A stretch of 64,000 nucleotides of DNA from Candidatus Latescibacterota bacterium. Its GTDB lineage: Bacteria > Latescibacterota > UBA2968 > UBA8231. This document shows, piece by piece, positions 40,700 to 50,276 of this stretch. The position numbers and the translations under genes were made by a program. Within the stretch, counting starts at the first letter, position 1; every line of letters begins with the position of its first letter. Under the pieces are notes generated by a model, which was given only the letters and a program-made list of their open reading frames with translations, did no database searches and was not told the origin of the DNA. The stretch lies in NCBI GenBank assembly GCA_965221775.1, contig CBDCSU010000005.1, positions 1,152,001 through 1,216,000 of the forward strand, given 5' to 3'.

Positions 40700-41575
40700 T
40701 CAGCGGTTGGCCTGCAGGCGCCGGCCGCAGCTCTGGGTGATGCGGTCGAAGACGATGGCCAGGGCCACCACCGCGGCGCCGTTGAACAGGCCGAGGGCGA
40801 AGTACTGGTTGGTCACCGCCCGCAGCACCGGCTGGCCGAGTCCCTTGACGCCGATCATGGAGGAGATGACGACCATGGAGAGGGCCATCATGATCGTCTG
40901 GTTGACGCCGGCCATGATGTTGGGCAGGGCCAGGGGCAGCTGCACGCCCAGGAGCCGGCGGCGGGCGTCGGCGCCGAAGGCGTCGGCCGCCTCCAGGACC
41001 TCCTCGTCGACGAGGCGGATGCCGAGGTTGGTAAGGCGGATCACCGGCGGCACGGCGTAGATGACGACAGCGATGACGCCGGGGATCTTGCCGAGACCGA
41101 AGAGCATGACCACGGGGATCAGGTAGACGAAGATCGGCATCGTCTGCATGACGTCGAGGACGGGGGTGATGACGGCCTGCACCCGGTCCGAGCGCGACAT
41201 GGCGATGCCCACGGGGATGCCGGCGGCGACGGCCATGAGGGTGGAGACGAGGATGATGGCGAGGGTGCGCATCGTGTCCTCCCACATGCCCAACCAGCCG
41301 ATGGCGAAGAACGTGACGACCACGCCGGCGGTGAGCCAACGGCTCCGGCTCGCCAGGTAGCAGAGCCCGGCGATGACGGCGATCATCAGCCACCAGGGGG
41401 TGGCGAGCAGGAGCTGCTCGAAGCGGATGAGGAGGTAGAGGAGGGGGTCGAAGAACGCCTCGATCGCCTCGCCGTACTCGCGGGAGAAACCCCGGTACGC
41501 GGCGTCGAAGGACTTCTTGAGGGCGCGCAGCTCGCCCACTTCGAGAGTCGGGAATTCCCGCAGCCAGTCCGCCAT
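40700..41575 (-). CDS. proW: Glycine betaine/proline-type ABC transporter permease
   Basis: PVLDVMQTMPIFVYLIP, RLTNLGIR, EAADAFG, GVNQTIMMALSMVVI. Confidence 0.9.
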   Translation of the reverse strand: MADWLREFPTLEVGELRALKKSFDAAYRGFSREYGEAIEAFFDPLLYLLIRFEQLLLATPWWLMIAVIAGLCYLASRSRWLTAGVVVTFFAIGWLGMWEDTMRTLAIILVSTLMAVAAGIPVGIAMSRSDRVQAVITPVLDVMQTMPIFVYLIPVVMLFGLGKIPGVIAVVIYAVPPVIRLTNLGIRLVDEEVLEAADAFGADARRRLLGVQLPLALPNIMAGVNQTIMMALSMVVISSMIGVKGLGQPVLRAVTNQYFALGLFNGAAVVALAIVFDRITQSCGRRLQANR

Positions 41576-41673
41576 CGGCGCTTCTCCGTCCTGCCGGCGG
41601 TCCGCCGGCCTGTTGTTGGATTCCGCGGCCGGGCAGCCGCCGGCCGGAGGCAGAGGCGGGCCTCCCGGGCGGG

Positions 41674-42804
41674 CTACAAGCCGGCCTTCACCTTCTCCGC
41701 TACCTCTTCGGGCACCCAGGCTCCCCAGATCTCCTCGCGGCTGCCGAGGAAGTGCTCGGCCGTCTCCCGGGCCGTGGCCTGGCGCTCGTCCTGCCAGGCC
41801 AAGAATCCGTTGACCACCTCGTTCGACCAGGAGAGGCGGGAGAGGAAGTCGAAGGCCTCGGGCGACTCCTCCGCAAAGCGCGAGGTGACGACGGTGAGCA
41901 CGACGCTGGGCTCCCAGCCGTTGGGCCGCGGGTCGGCGCAGTCCTTGTCGGCGATGCAGTCCCAGGTCTCGGGATCGTGCTCCATGCCGCCGAGCCGCAC
42001 CAGCGGGTAGCGGCCGAGGATCGCCGTGGGCGCCCAGTAGTAGGTGAAGATCGGCCGCCGGCGCTCGAACTGGCGGGCGATGGCCCCCTTCAGCCCCTCG
42101 GAAGAGCCCGGGTTGAAGAGGGTGAAGCCCGCCTCCTCCATGCCGTAGGCGGCGAAGAGGTTGACGTTCAGGTGCTCGCAGGCCCAGCCCGGCGGGCAGC
42201 CGTAGAACCGCCCCTTGCCCGGCTCCTCCTTGTCGGGGAAGAGGTCCGGCCGCTCGCGCACCGCCTGCAGGGTGGTCAGCTCCGGGTGCTCCTCCACCAT
42301 GTAGTCGGGGATCCACCAGCCTTCGACGCCGCCGTCGGAGAGGATCTCGCCGGCGATCTTCAGCCGCCCCTCGGCCACCGCCTTGTCCACGGCCTCGCGG
42401 GCGGCGTTGATCCAGACCTCCGGGGCGACATCGGGCTCGCCCTTCTCGGTCATGGAGGTCACCGTGGGCACGGTGTCGCCGGGCACCAGGTCGGGGGTGC
42501 AGCCGTAGCCCTCATGGAGGATGATCGCCGTCACGTGGGCGGCCACCGCCGCCGAGGCCCAGTTCATCTCGGCGATGGTCACATCGCCGCAGGCCGAGGC
42601 GCCGGTCTCGGCGGAGTCCGCGGCAGCGGCGGGTTCGGCCCAGGCGCCGCAGAGGAGGGCTGCCGCCACGGCCGCGGTGGCCCGGCGCGGGAAGCCACGC
42701 CGCAACAGGGAGGGCCGCGGCAGGTTCCGCTGTCCGGTCCGGGGGCCGCGCGCCGGTTCGGGGGCGCCGATCCGGCCTGGGCGCCGCTGGGCCGCCAAGG
42801 GCAT
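41674..42804 (-). CDS. proX: Glycine betaine/proline-type ABC substrate-binding protein (start uncertain)
   Basis: CGDVTIAEMNWASA, GYGC, PEVW, GRFYGCPPGWAC, YYWAPT. Confidence 0.85.
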   Translation of the reverse strand: MPLAAQRRPGRIGAPEPARGPRTGQRNLPRPSLLRRGFPRRATAAVAAALLCGAWAEPAAAADSAETGASACGDVTIAEMNWASAAVAAHVTAIILHEGYGCTPDLVPGDTVPTVTSMTEKGEPDVAPEVWINAAREAVDKAVAEGRLKIAGEILSDGGVEGWWIPDYMVEEHPELTTLQAVRERPDLFPDKEEPGKGRFYGCPPGWACEHLNVNLFAAYGMEEAGFTLFNPGSSEGLKGAIARQFERRRPIFTYYWAPTAILGRYPLVRLGGMEHDPETWDCIADKDCADPRPNGWEPSVVLTVVTSRFAEESPEAFDFLSRLSWSNEVVNGFLAWQDERQATARETAEHFLGSREEIWGAWVPEEVAEKVKAGL

Positions 42805-42808
42805 CCGC

Positions 42809-43753
42809 CTAGCCCCCCTGCCCGGCGATCCGCCGGTAGATGGCGAAGTCGTGGGCCTCGATATGCTCCATGACCCGCTCCATGAGCCAGTCGGGCAGGG
42901 CCGAGCCGCCGCGGCGGCTGTAGGCGCTGCGGAAGATGCCGGCGCGCACGAAGAGGGTCTTGTGCAGCCACAGGGGCGACGCGGCACCGACGATGAGGGT
43001 CCGCAGCACCGGCGCCACGATGCCGTGGTAGGCCTGCCGGCCGGCCTCGGGATCGCCGTCGGCGTAGTGGTCGCAGACGGTGCGGAAGGAGTCGATCAGG
43101 GCCGGGTGGGGCATGCTGCCCACGGAGCCGCGGTCCAGCTCCTCGGGGAGCCAGTTGCCGTTGCCGCCGCCGAGGACGGTGAGCTCCCGGGGGCCGCCGC
43201 CCAGGAGGCCGCGCTCCCGCAGCCCGTCGACGACGGCGCCGATCTTGTCCGGGGCCCCCTGCGATTCCAGCTTGAGGCAGCAGACCTGCGGGGCTTCGTC
43301 CACGGCCTGGAGCAGCACCTCGGCCGGGGCGTTGCCGCCGGCGTCCTGCACCATCAGCGGCAGCTTCACCTGCTCCGACAGGTCGCGGAACAACCGCACC
43401 AGCTCGTCGCCGCCGTGGCGGTCCGGGTTGACCATGGCGAGGTCGACGCCGCAGTCGCGGGCCATCGCCGTGTGCTCCAGGGTCCCCGGGCGGCTGGCGT
43501 GGGCGGTGGCGGCGATGACCGGCACGCGGCCGTCCACGTGGCGCGCCGCCAGGCTCCACATGCGGCTCTTCTCCGAGTCGGTGAGGACGGCGCTCTCGCT
43601 GCCCATGCCGAAGGCCACGGCCTGCGATCCGGCCTCGACGCAGAAGTCGAGCTGCCGCCGCATGCTGTCTTCGTCGATGACCCCCTCGTCGTCGAAGGGC
43701 ATGGCCAGGACGGGCACGGCGCCCTCGATCCGGGGTGCTCCATCATCGCTCAC
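42809..43753 (-). CDS. Dihydrodipicolinate synthase (DapA)-family class I aldolase
   Basis: PVLAMPFD, GMGSE, GRVPVIA, LPLMVQD, CLKLE. Confidence 0.85.
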   Translation of the reverse strand: MSDDGAPRIEGAVPVLAMPFDDEGVIDEDSMRRQLDFCVEAGSQAVAFGMGSESAVLTDSEKSRMWSLAARHVDGRVPVIAATAHASRPGTLEHTAMARDCGVDLAMVNPDRHGGDELVRLFRDLSEQVKLPLMVQDAGGNAPAEVLLQAVDEAPQVCCLKLESQGAPDKIGAVVDGLRERGLLGGGPRELTVLGGGNGNWLPEELDRGSVGSMPHPALIDSFRTVCDHYADGDPEAGRQAYHGIVAPVLRTLIVGAASPLWLHKTLFVRAGIFRSAYSRRGGSALPDWLMERVMEHIEAHDFAIYRRIAGQGG

Positions 43754-43852
43754 TGGGACGTTCCTTTCGTCTGTGGGGGCGCGTGGCCCATGCGATCCAA
43801 CTTGCGTTAATTGACCGCACGGGGCAACCAGCCCCCTTCACCGGAGACAGCC

Positions 43853-45022
43853 ATGTCACAGACCGCCGACGCCGTCGTCATCGGGGGCGGCATCCTCGGC
43901 GTCAGCACCGCCCACTTCCTCGCCCGGACGGGCTTCGGATCGGTGGTGCTGCTCGAAAAGCGCAGCCTCGCCGCGGTCAGCACCGGACACTCGGCGGCGG
44001 CGATCCGCACCTTCTACTCGAATCCCCTGACCATCCGCCTGGCCGTGCGCTCGGCGGAGATGTTCGCCGGCGCGCAGGAGACCTTCGGCGGTTCCTGCGG
44101 CTTCCGGCAGTCCGGCTATCTGACCCTCCTCGACGAGGACAGCCTCGACCAGGGGCGGCAGGTGGCCGACATGGAGCGGCAGCACGGCGTGCCGGTGGAG
44201 GAGCTCTCCCCCGGGGCGCTGCGGGAGCGCTTCCCCGTGGTCGACCTGGAGCGGGTGCGGGCCGGCATCTTCGAGCCGCGGTCCGGGTACGCCGACCCGC
44301 TGGCCACCACCCGGCTGCTGGCGTCAACGGCCGAACCGCTGGGCCTGACCGTGCGCGAGGGCGTGGGCGCCACCGGGATCACCCTGGAGGGAGGCCGCGT
44401 GGCCGGCGTGGAGACCGAGGCGGGACCGGTCTCGACGCCGGTGGTGGTCAACGCCGCCGGCGGCTGGGGCCGCGTCGTAGCCTCGTGGGTGGGGCTGAAC
44501 TACTCCTTCCGCTGGAGCCGCGAGTCCGACATCGTTCTCGACGTGCCCTTCGAGACCGACGGGTTCCCGTGGCTCTCCGACCCCCGGCTGCGGTTCTACG
44601 CCAGGCCCGCGGGGCCCCGCCGGCTGCTGGCCGGCCTCGGCTTCCCCAAGGAGATCGAGCCCCTCGACATCGAGCGCTACGACCCCGGGATCGACGAGCC
44701 CACCCGCCGTCGCATCGAGGATCTCCTCGGCCAGCGCGTCCCCGCCGCCCGCGAGGGGACCTTCGTGCGCGGCTGGGCCTCGTTCTACACCATCACCGAC
44801 GACTGGCACCCCCTCGTCGGCCCGGAGCCCGAGGTCCCCGGGTACTACGCCTGCGTCGCCGGCAACGGCCACTGCTTCAAGCTCGGCCCCTCCATCGGCG
44901 AGTCGCTGGCGCAGAACATCGCCGGCCAGGAGCCCGAGGTCGACCTGCACGCCCTGCGCCCGAACCGGTTCCACGAGGGCGACTACTTCACCTCGGTCTG
45001 GGGCGGCGGCAACCGCGCCTGA
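43853..45022 (+). CDS. FAD-dependent oxidoreductase, DAO/sarcosine oxidase beta family
   Basis: VVIGGGILG, STGHSAA, VVNAAGGW, TDDWHPLVG, GHCFKLGP. Confidence 0.88.
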   Translation: MSQTADAVVIGGGILGVSTAHFLARTGFGSVVLLEKRSLAAVSTGHSAAAIRTFYSNPLTIRLAVRSAEMFAGAQETFGGSCGFRQSGYLTLLDEDSLDQGRQVADMERQHGVPVEELSPGALRERFPVVDLERVRAGIFEPRSGYADPLATTRLLASTAEPLGLTVREGVGATGITLEGGRVAGVETEAGPVSTPVVVNAAGGWGRVVASWVGLNYSFRWSRESDIVLDVPFETDGFPWLSDPRLRFYARPAGPRRLLAGLGFPKEIEPLDIERYDPGIDEPTRRRIEDLLGQRVPAAREGTFVRGWASFYTITDDWHPLVGPEPEVPGYYACVAGNGHCFKLGPSIGESLAQNIAGQEPEVDLHALRPNRFHEGDYFTSVWGGGNRA

Positions 45023-45044
45023 CGCGGCACCCGCCACCAAGCCC

Positions 45045-46766
45045 GTGAAGACCGACCCCATCAAGTTCGAGGTCATCCGCAACGCCCTCGGCGAGACCAC
45101 CGAGGAGATGTCCGCCGCCCTGCGGCGCAGCGCCTACTCGACCAACATCAAGACCCGCTGCGACTTCTCCTGCGCCATCTTCGACCGCGACGCCAACGTC
45201 CTGGCCCAGGCCTTCGCCCAGGCCAACCACCTCGGATCGATGGTGCGCCTCGTCCCCCTCGCCCTCGAGGAGTACGGCGTCGACAACCTCGCCCCGGGCG
45301 ACGCCATCGTCATGAACGACCCGTACCGGGGCGGCGTTCACCTCAACGACATCTTCCTCATCGCCCCCTTCTACTATGAGGATGAGCTGTGCGGCTTCGT
45401 CGCCAACCTCGCCCATCACGTCGACGTGGGAGGCGGGGCCCCGGCCAGCGTCGGCGCCTTCCAGGAGGTCTACCAGGAGGGGGTGATCATCCCGCCCGTG
45501 AAGCTGGTGACCGGCGGCGAGATGAACCCCGACGTCTTCCGGCTGATCCTCGGGCAGATCCGCTCCAAGCGCGAGACGGCGGGCGACTTCCGCGCCCAGG
45601 TGGCGGCCAACAACACCGGCATCCGGCGGCTCACCGCCCTCTACCGGCGGTACGGCCGCGAGACGGTGGAGGAGTACGCCCGGCGGCTCATCGACTACGC
45701 CGACCGGCTGACCCGCGACGAGATCTCCCGCCTCCCGCGCGGGGCGTTCGCCGCCGAGGGCGTGGTCGACAACGACGGCTTCACCGACCGGCCGGTGCGC
45801 CTGGCGGTGAAGGTCGTCGTCGACGACGAGGGGATCCTCTTCGACTTCAGCGGCTGCGACGAGCAGCGCCCGGCGCCGGTGAACTCCACCCTCTCCATGA
45901 CCTACGCCGTGGCCGCCTACGTGCTGCGCTGCGCCATCGGCACCGACGTGCCCCTCAACGCCGGCTTCTACCGCTCGGTGCGCCTCGTGGCGCCGGAGGG
46001 CACGGTGGCCAACTGCCGGCCGCCGGCGCCGGTGGTCGGCGGCTGGGAGACCCACATGCGCCTCGTGGAGGTCACCTTCCGGGCCCTGGCGCAGGCCCTG
46101 CCGGAGCGCATGCCGGCGGGCACCAAGGGCATGATCTGCCACTCCGGCTTCGGCGGCCTCGACCCGGCCACGGGGGAGTACTTCTGCTTCCTCGAAACCC
46201 TCGGCGGCGGCTACGGCGGCCGTGTCGGCAGCGACGGCCCCGACGCGGTGCAGGCCCACGGCCAGAACACGGAGAACGCCCCCGTGGAGGAGACGGAGCT
46301 GAACTACCCGGTGCGCATCGAGCGCTACGAGCTGGTGGAGGACTCCGAGGGCCCGGGCCGCCACCGCGGCGGCCTCGGCATGCGCCGCGACTACCGGTTC
46401 CCCTCCGGCGAGGCGACCTTCACGATCCTCGCCGACCGCGACCGCTGGGGCCCCCACGGCCTCTTCGGCGGGCAGGACGGCCGCCGGGCCAGCTACGCGG
46501 TGGAGCGCGACGGCGAGACCACCCCTCTCGGCTCCAAGGTGACCGTCACCCTCGGGCCCGGCGACGTCCTCAGCTACCGCACCTGCGGCGGCGGCGGCTA
46601 CGGTTCGCCGGAGGAACGCGACCCGGAGCGGGTCCTGAAGGACGTGCGCGACGGCAAGGTCGATCCCGCCCGGGCCCGCGAGATCTACCGCGTCGCCGTC
46701 GACACCGACTCCTGGAGCGTCGACGAGGAGGAGACCCGGCGGCTGAGGGGCCAGGGGCAGGCCTAG
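45045..46766 (+). CDS. Hydantoinase B/oxoprolinase family subunit
   Basis: RSAYSTNIK..DFSCA, NDPYRGGVHLND, HHVDVGG, GPGRHRGGLG, GGGGYG.P.ERD. Confidence 0.93.
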   Translation: MKTDPIKFEVIRNALGETTEEMSAALRRSAYSTNIKTRCDFSCAIFDRDANVLAQAFAQANHLGSMVRLVPLALEEYGVDNLAPGDAIVMNDPYRGGVHLNDIFLIAPFYYEDELCGFVANLAHHVDVGGGAPASVGAFQEVYQEGVIIPPVKLVTGGEMNPDVFRLILGQIRSKRETAGDFRAQVAANNTGIRRLTALYRRYGRETVEEYARRLIDYADRLTRDEISRLPRGAFAAEGVVDNDGFTDRPVRLAVKVVVDDEGILFDFSGCDEQRPAPVNSTLSMTYAVAAYVLRCAIGTDVPLNAGFYRSVRLVAPEGTVANCRPPAPVVGGWETHMRLVEVTFRALAQALPERMPAGTKGMICHSGFGGLDPATGEYFCFLETLGGGYGGRVGSDGPDAVQAHGQNTENAPVEETELNYPVRIERYELVEDSEGPGRHRGGLGMRRDYRFPSGEATFTILADRDRWGPHGLFGGQDGRRASYAVERDGETTPLGSKVTVTLGPGDVLSYRTCGGGGYGSPEERDPERVLKDVRDGKVDPARAREIYRVAVDTDSWSVDEEETRRLRGQGQA

Positions 46767-46767
46767 C

Positions 46768-48876
46768 ATGGCCGCGCCCCCGGCCGCCGGTTTCCGCCTC
46801 GGCGTCGACATCGGCGGCACCTTCACCGACGCCACCCTCGTGGACGAGGCCAGCGGCCGGGTCCACATCTGCAAGCTCTCCTCCACCCCCGCCGACCCCT
46901 CCGACGGCTTCCTGCGCATCACCTCCCGCATCCTCGAGCAGGCGGGGGTCTCGCCCGGGGAGGTGAGCTACGTCGTCCACGGGACCACCGTCGCCACCAA
47001 CTCCATCATCGAGGGCCGCCTGGCGCCGACGGGCTTCGTCACCACCGAGGGCTTCCGCGACCTGCTGGAGATCCAGCGCCAGATCCGCGCCTCCCTCTAC
47101 GACGTCCACTTCGAGAAGCCGCCGCCCCTGGTGCCCCGGCACCGCTGCTTCGGCGTGCCCGAGCGCCTCGACGCCTCCGGCGAGGTCGTCCGCCCCCTCG
47201 ACGAGGCCGCCCTCCGCCAGACGGCGGCGCGGCTCCGGGACGAGGGCGTCGAGTCGATCGCCGTCTGCTTCCTCCACTCCTACGTCAACCCCGCCCACGA
47301 GCGCCGCGCCGGCGAGATCCTGCGCGAGCGGTTCGGCGCCGAGGCCGTCTCCCTCTCCTGCGAGGTGGCCCCCGACTTCCGCGAGTACTTCCGCGCCAGC
47401 ACCACGGTGATCAACGCCGGCATCCGGCCCTCGGTGGCCCGCTACCTGGAACGCATCGAGACGCGCCTGCGGGAGGCCGGGCTGCAGGCCCCGCTGCTGC
47501 TCATGCAGAGCAGCGGCGGCGTCTACTCCTTCCGGGCGGCCGCGGAGAAGCCGGTCTTCATGGTCGAGTCCGGTCCGGCGGCGGGGGTGATCGCCGCCGG
47601 GGCCCTCGGCCAGCGGCTGGGGCGCCGGGACCTGATCTCCTTCGACATGGGCGGCACCACGGCCAAGGCGGGCCTCGTCCAGGACGGCGCCCCCGGCATC
47701 ACCAAGGAGTACGAGGTCGGCTCGGCGGCGGTCTCCAGCGAGCACGGGGCCCGGGGCGGGGGCTACCCGATCCGCAGCTCCGTCATCGACCTCGTGGAGA
47801 TCGGCGCCGGCGGCGGCTCCATCGCCTGGATCGACCGCGGCGGCGCCCTGCGGGTCGGTCCGCGCAGCGCCGGAGCCGACCCGGGGCCGGCCTGCTACGG
47901 CGCCGGCGGCCGCGAGCCGACGATCACCGACGCCAACCTGGTCCTCGGCCGGCTGGACCCCGGCTACTTCCTGGGCGGCGAGATCCGCCTCGACGTGGAG
48001 GCGGCGGAACGCGCCGTCCGCGAGCGCTGCGCCGAACCCCTGGGACTGGAACCGGTGGAGGCCGCCCGCGGCATCGTGGAGATCGCCAACGCCGCCATGG
48101 CCGGCGCCCTGCGCCGGATCTCCATCCAGCGGGGGTACGACCCCCGGGACTTCACCCTCGTCGCCTTCGGCGGCGCCGGACCCGTGCACGGCAACCGGCT
48201 GGCGCGGGAGCTGGAGATCCCGGAGCTGCTGGTGCCGCCGAGCCCGGGGACGTTCTCGGCCATGGGCCTGCTGAGCACCGACCTGCGCCACGACTTCAAC
48301 GCCACCCACCTGGAGCCGCTGGCAGCGGCGGGGGCCGATCGCCTGGCGTCCGCACTGGAGGCACTGGAGGCGCAGGGGCGCCGGGCCCTGGCCGCCGACG
48401 GCGTCGACCCGGCGCGCATGCGCTTCGTCCGCCAGCTCGACCTGCGCTACGTGGGGCAGAGCTACGAGCTGGGGGTGGAGGTCGAGGACGCCGGCTTTCC
48501 TCCCGCGGAGGTGCGCCGGCTGGCGGGGCGCTTCCACGAGGAGCACGAGCGCGCCTACGGCTTCAAGGCGCCCGGGGAGCCGGTGGAGATCGTCACCATC
48601 CGCCTGTCGGCGGTGGGCGAGATCTCCCGGCCGGAGCTGCGGCGGCTGGAGGCGGACTCGGGCGCCGGGCCGGCGGGGTCCCGGCTCGTGTACTTCGAGG
48701 AGTCGGGGGGATTCGTGGACTGCCCGGTGTACGAGCGCTCCGGCCTCGGGGCGGGGGCCCGCATCGACGGCCCGGCGGTGGTGCAGGAGCTGGACTCGAC
48801 GACGCTGCTGCACCCGGGGTACCGGGCGGAGGTGGACACCTACGGCAACCTGCTGATCCGGCCGGGTACGGACTAG
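46768..48876 (+). CDS. Hydantoinase A/oxoprolinase family subunit
   Basis: GVDIGGTFTD, HGTTVATN, ESGPAAG, DMGGTT, GAGGGSIA, AFGGAGP. Confidence 0.93.
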   Translation: MAAPPAAGFRLGVDIGGTFTDATLVDEASGRVHICKLSSTPADPSDGFLRITSRILEQAGVSPGEVSYVVHGTTVATNSIIEGRLAPTGFVTTEGFRDLLEIQRQIRASLYDVHFEKPPPLVPRHRCFGVPERLDASGEVVRPLDEAALRQTAARLRDEGVESIAVCFLHSYVNPAHERRAGEILRERFGAEAVSLSCEVAPDFREYFRASTTVINAGIRPSVARYLERIETRLREAGLQAPLLLMQSSGGVYSFRAAAEKPVFMVESGPAAGVIAAGALGQRLGRRDLISFDMGGTTAKAGLVQDGAPGITKEYEVGSAAVSSEHGARGGGYPIRSSVIDLVEIGAGGGSIAWIDRGGALRVGPRSAGADPGPACYGAGGREPTITDANLVLGRLDPGYFLGGEIRLDVEAAERAVRERCAEPLGLEPVEAARGIVEIANAAMAGALRRISIQRGYDPRDFTLVAFGGAGPVHGNRLARELEIPELLVPPSPGTFSAMGLLSTDLRHDFNATHLEPLAAAGADRLASALEALEAQGRRALAADGVDPARMRFVRQLDLRYVGQSYELGVEVEDAGFPPAEVRRLAGRFHEEHERAYGFKAPGEPVEIVTIRLSAVGEISRPELRRLEADSGAGPAGSRLVYFEESGGFVDCPVYERSGLGAGARIDGPAVVQELDSTTLLHPGYRAEVDTYGNLLIRPGTD

Positions 48877-48878
48877 GG

Positions 48879-50225
48879 ATGCGACTCGGCCGGCGATCCA
48901 TCCGGGCGGGCCTCGTGCTGCCGGTGCTCCTGGGCGGCGGGTGGTGCCTCGGCGGCTGTCAGAGCGAGGACCGGGTCGTCATTCAGCTCACCGTCGATCC
49001 CATCGACGATCAAACCCTCGACACGGGGGACGAGGTGCAGCTGACGGTGAGCCTCAGCGGAGGGCCGGGAGACCACTTTCTGCATGCCTACTCCAGCGAC
49101 ACCTCGGTGGTCACCGTATCCGTGAGCGAAGGCCTGCTCACTCTCACCGGGGTCGGAACGGGGACCGCCACCGTCACCGTTTCCGTCTCCGCCCCCACCG
49201 GGAGGCGGCTGCACGCGGCGGTCTTCCGGGTCACCGTCGATTCGGAACTCCAGAGGGCCGCCCGCGAACGCGAGGTCCTGGCCGCCTTCTATCGCGCCAC
49301 CGGCGGCCCCGACTGGAAGACGGCCGCGAACTGGTCGACCGACGACCTGGAGAGCTGGCACGGAGTCACCGTCCAAGACGGACGGGTGACGGCCCTGCTT
49401 CTCGAAGAGAACAACCTGAAGGGTGCCGTTGCCGAGGCCCTTGGGATCCTCGGCCGCCTGGATCACCTGGAGGCGGCCCTCTTCGCCTCGAACGGACTCA
49501 GCGGAGAGATACCCGACACCCTGGCCGGTCTGGAGCCGTTGCGGTTCCTGGATCTGCGGGATAACGACCTGAGCGGCCCGATCCCGGAGGCCCTCGGCCG
49601 CCTCGACAGCCTGCAGGGGCTGAACCTCCCGGGAAACGACCTCCACGGACCGATCCCCGAAGCCCTCGGCCGCCTCTCCGCCCTCTCCCACCTGAGCCTG
49701 GCAGAGAACGATCTGAGCGGACCCATTCCCGAGGCCCTGGGCGCCCTGACCAGCCTCACCTTCCTGCGGCTGGACGGCAACGACCTCACGGGACCCATCC
49801 CCGAAGCCCTGGGCGGCCTTTCCAGCCTCGGGCACCTGAGCCTGGCAGAGAACGATCTGAGCGGACCCATTCCCGAGGCCTTGGCCCGCCTCTCCAACCT
49901 CAGCGGCCTCTTCCTCCAGGACAACGATCTCACCGGCGAGATTCCCGAGGCCCTGGGCAATCTCTCCAACCTCGTCTTCCTCAACCTCTCCCACTGCGAT
50001 CTGTCAGGAAGCGTCCCCGACACCCTGGGCACCCTCTCCCGGCTGTGGACGCTCGATCTCTCCGTCAACCCGCAACTGACCGGCCCTCTTCCCCTGAGTC
50101 TGATCGAGCTGTCGGATCTCAAGCACATCGACTTCCGCGGCACCGGGCTCTGCGCGCCGGCAGACGCCGCCTTCCAGGAGTGGCTCGAAGGCGTTCCCCA
50201 AGCCCATGGCCAGGTCTGCGAATGA
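48879..50225 (+). CDS. Lipoprotein with Ig-like domain and plant receptor-type leucine-rich repeats
   Basis: LGGC lipobox; EREVLAAFYRATGGPDW...WHGVTV cap; ~10 repeats of 24-aa LxxLxxLxLxxNxLSGPIPEALG. Confidence 0.9.
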   Translation: MRLGRRSIRAGLVLPVLLGGGWCLGGCQSEDRVVIQLTVDPIDDQTLDTGDEVQLTVSLSGGPGDHFLHAYSSDTSVVTVSVSEGLLTLTGVGTGTATVTVSVSAPTGRRLHAAVFRVTVDSELQRAAREREVLAAFYRATGGPDWKTAANWSTDDLESWHGVTVQDGRVTALLLEENNLKGAVAEALGILGRLDHLEAALFASNGLSGEIPDTLAGLEPLRFLDLRDNDLSGPIPEALGRLDSLQGLNLPGNDLHGPIPEALGRLSALSHLSLAENDLSGPIPEALGALTSLTFLRLDGNDLTGPIPEALGGLSSLGHLSLAENDLSGPIPEALARLSNLSGLFLQDNDLTGEIPEALGNLSNLVFLNLSHCDLSGSVPDTLGTLSRLWTLDLSVNPQLTGPLPLSLIELSDLKHIDFRGTGLCAPADAAFQEWLEGVPQAHGQVCE

Positions 50226-50276
50226 TACGATCCGAGCGCCCCGACACGGGTCGAGGGACACCGAGATTCGGACGCG

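Noticed and set aside
49689-49880. Exact ~48-bp direct repeat
   Set aside because: Explained by LRR unit duplication within the CDS.
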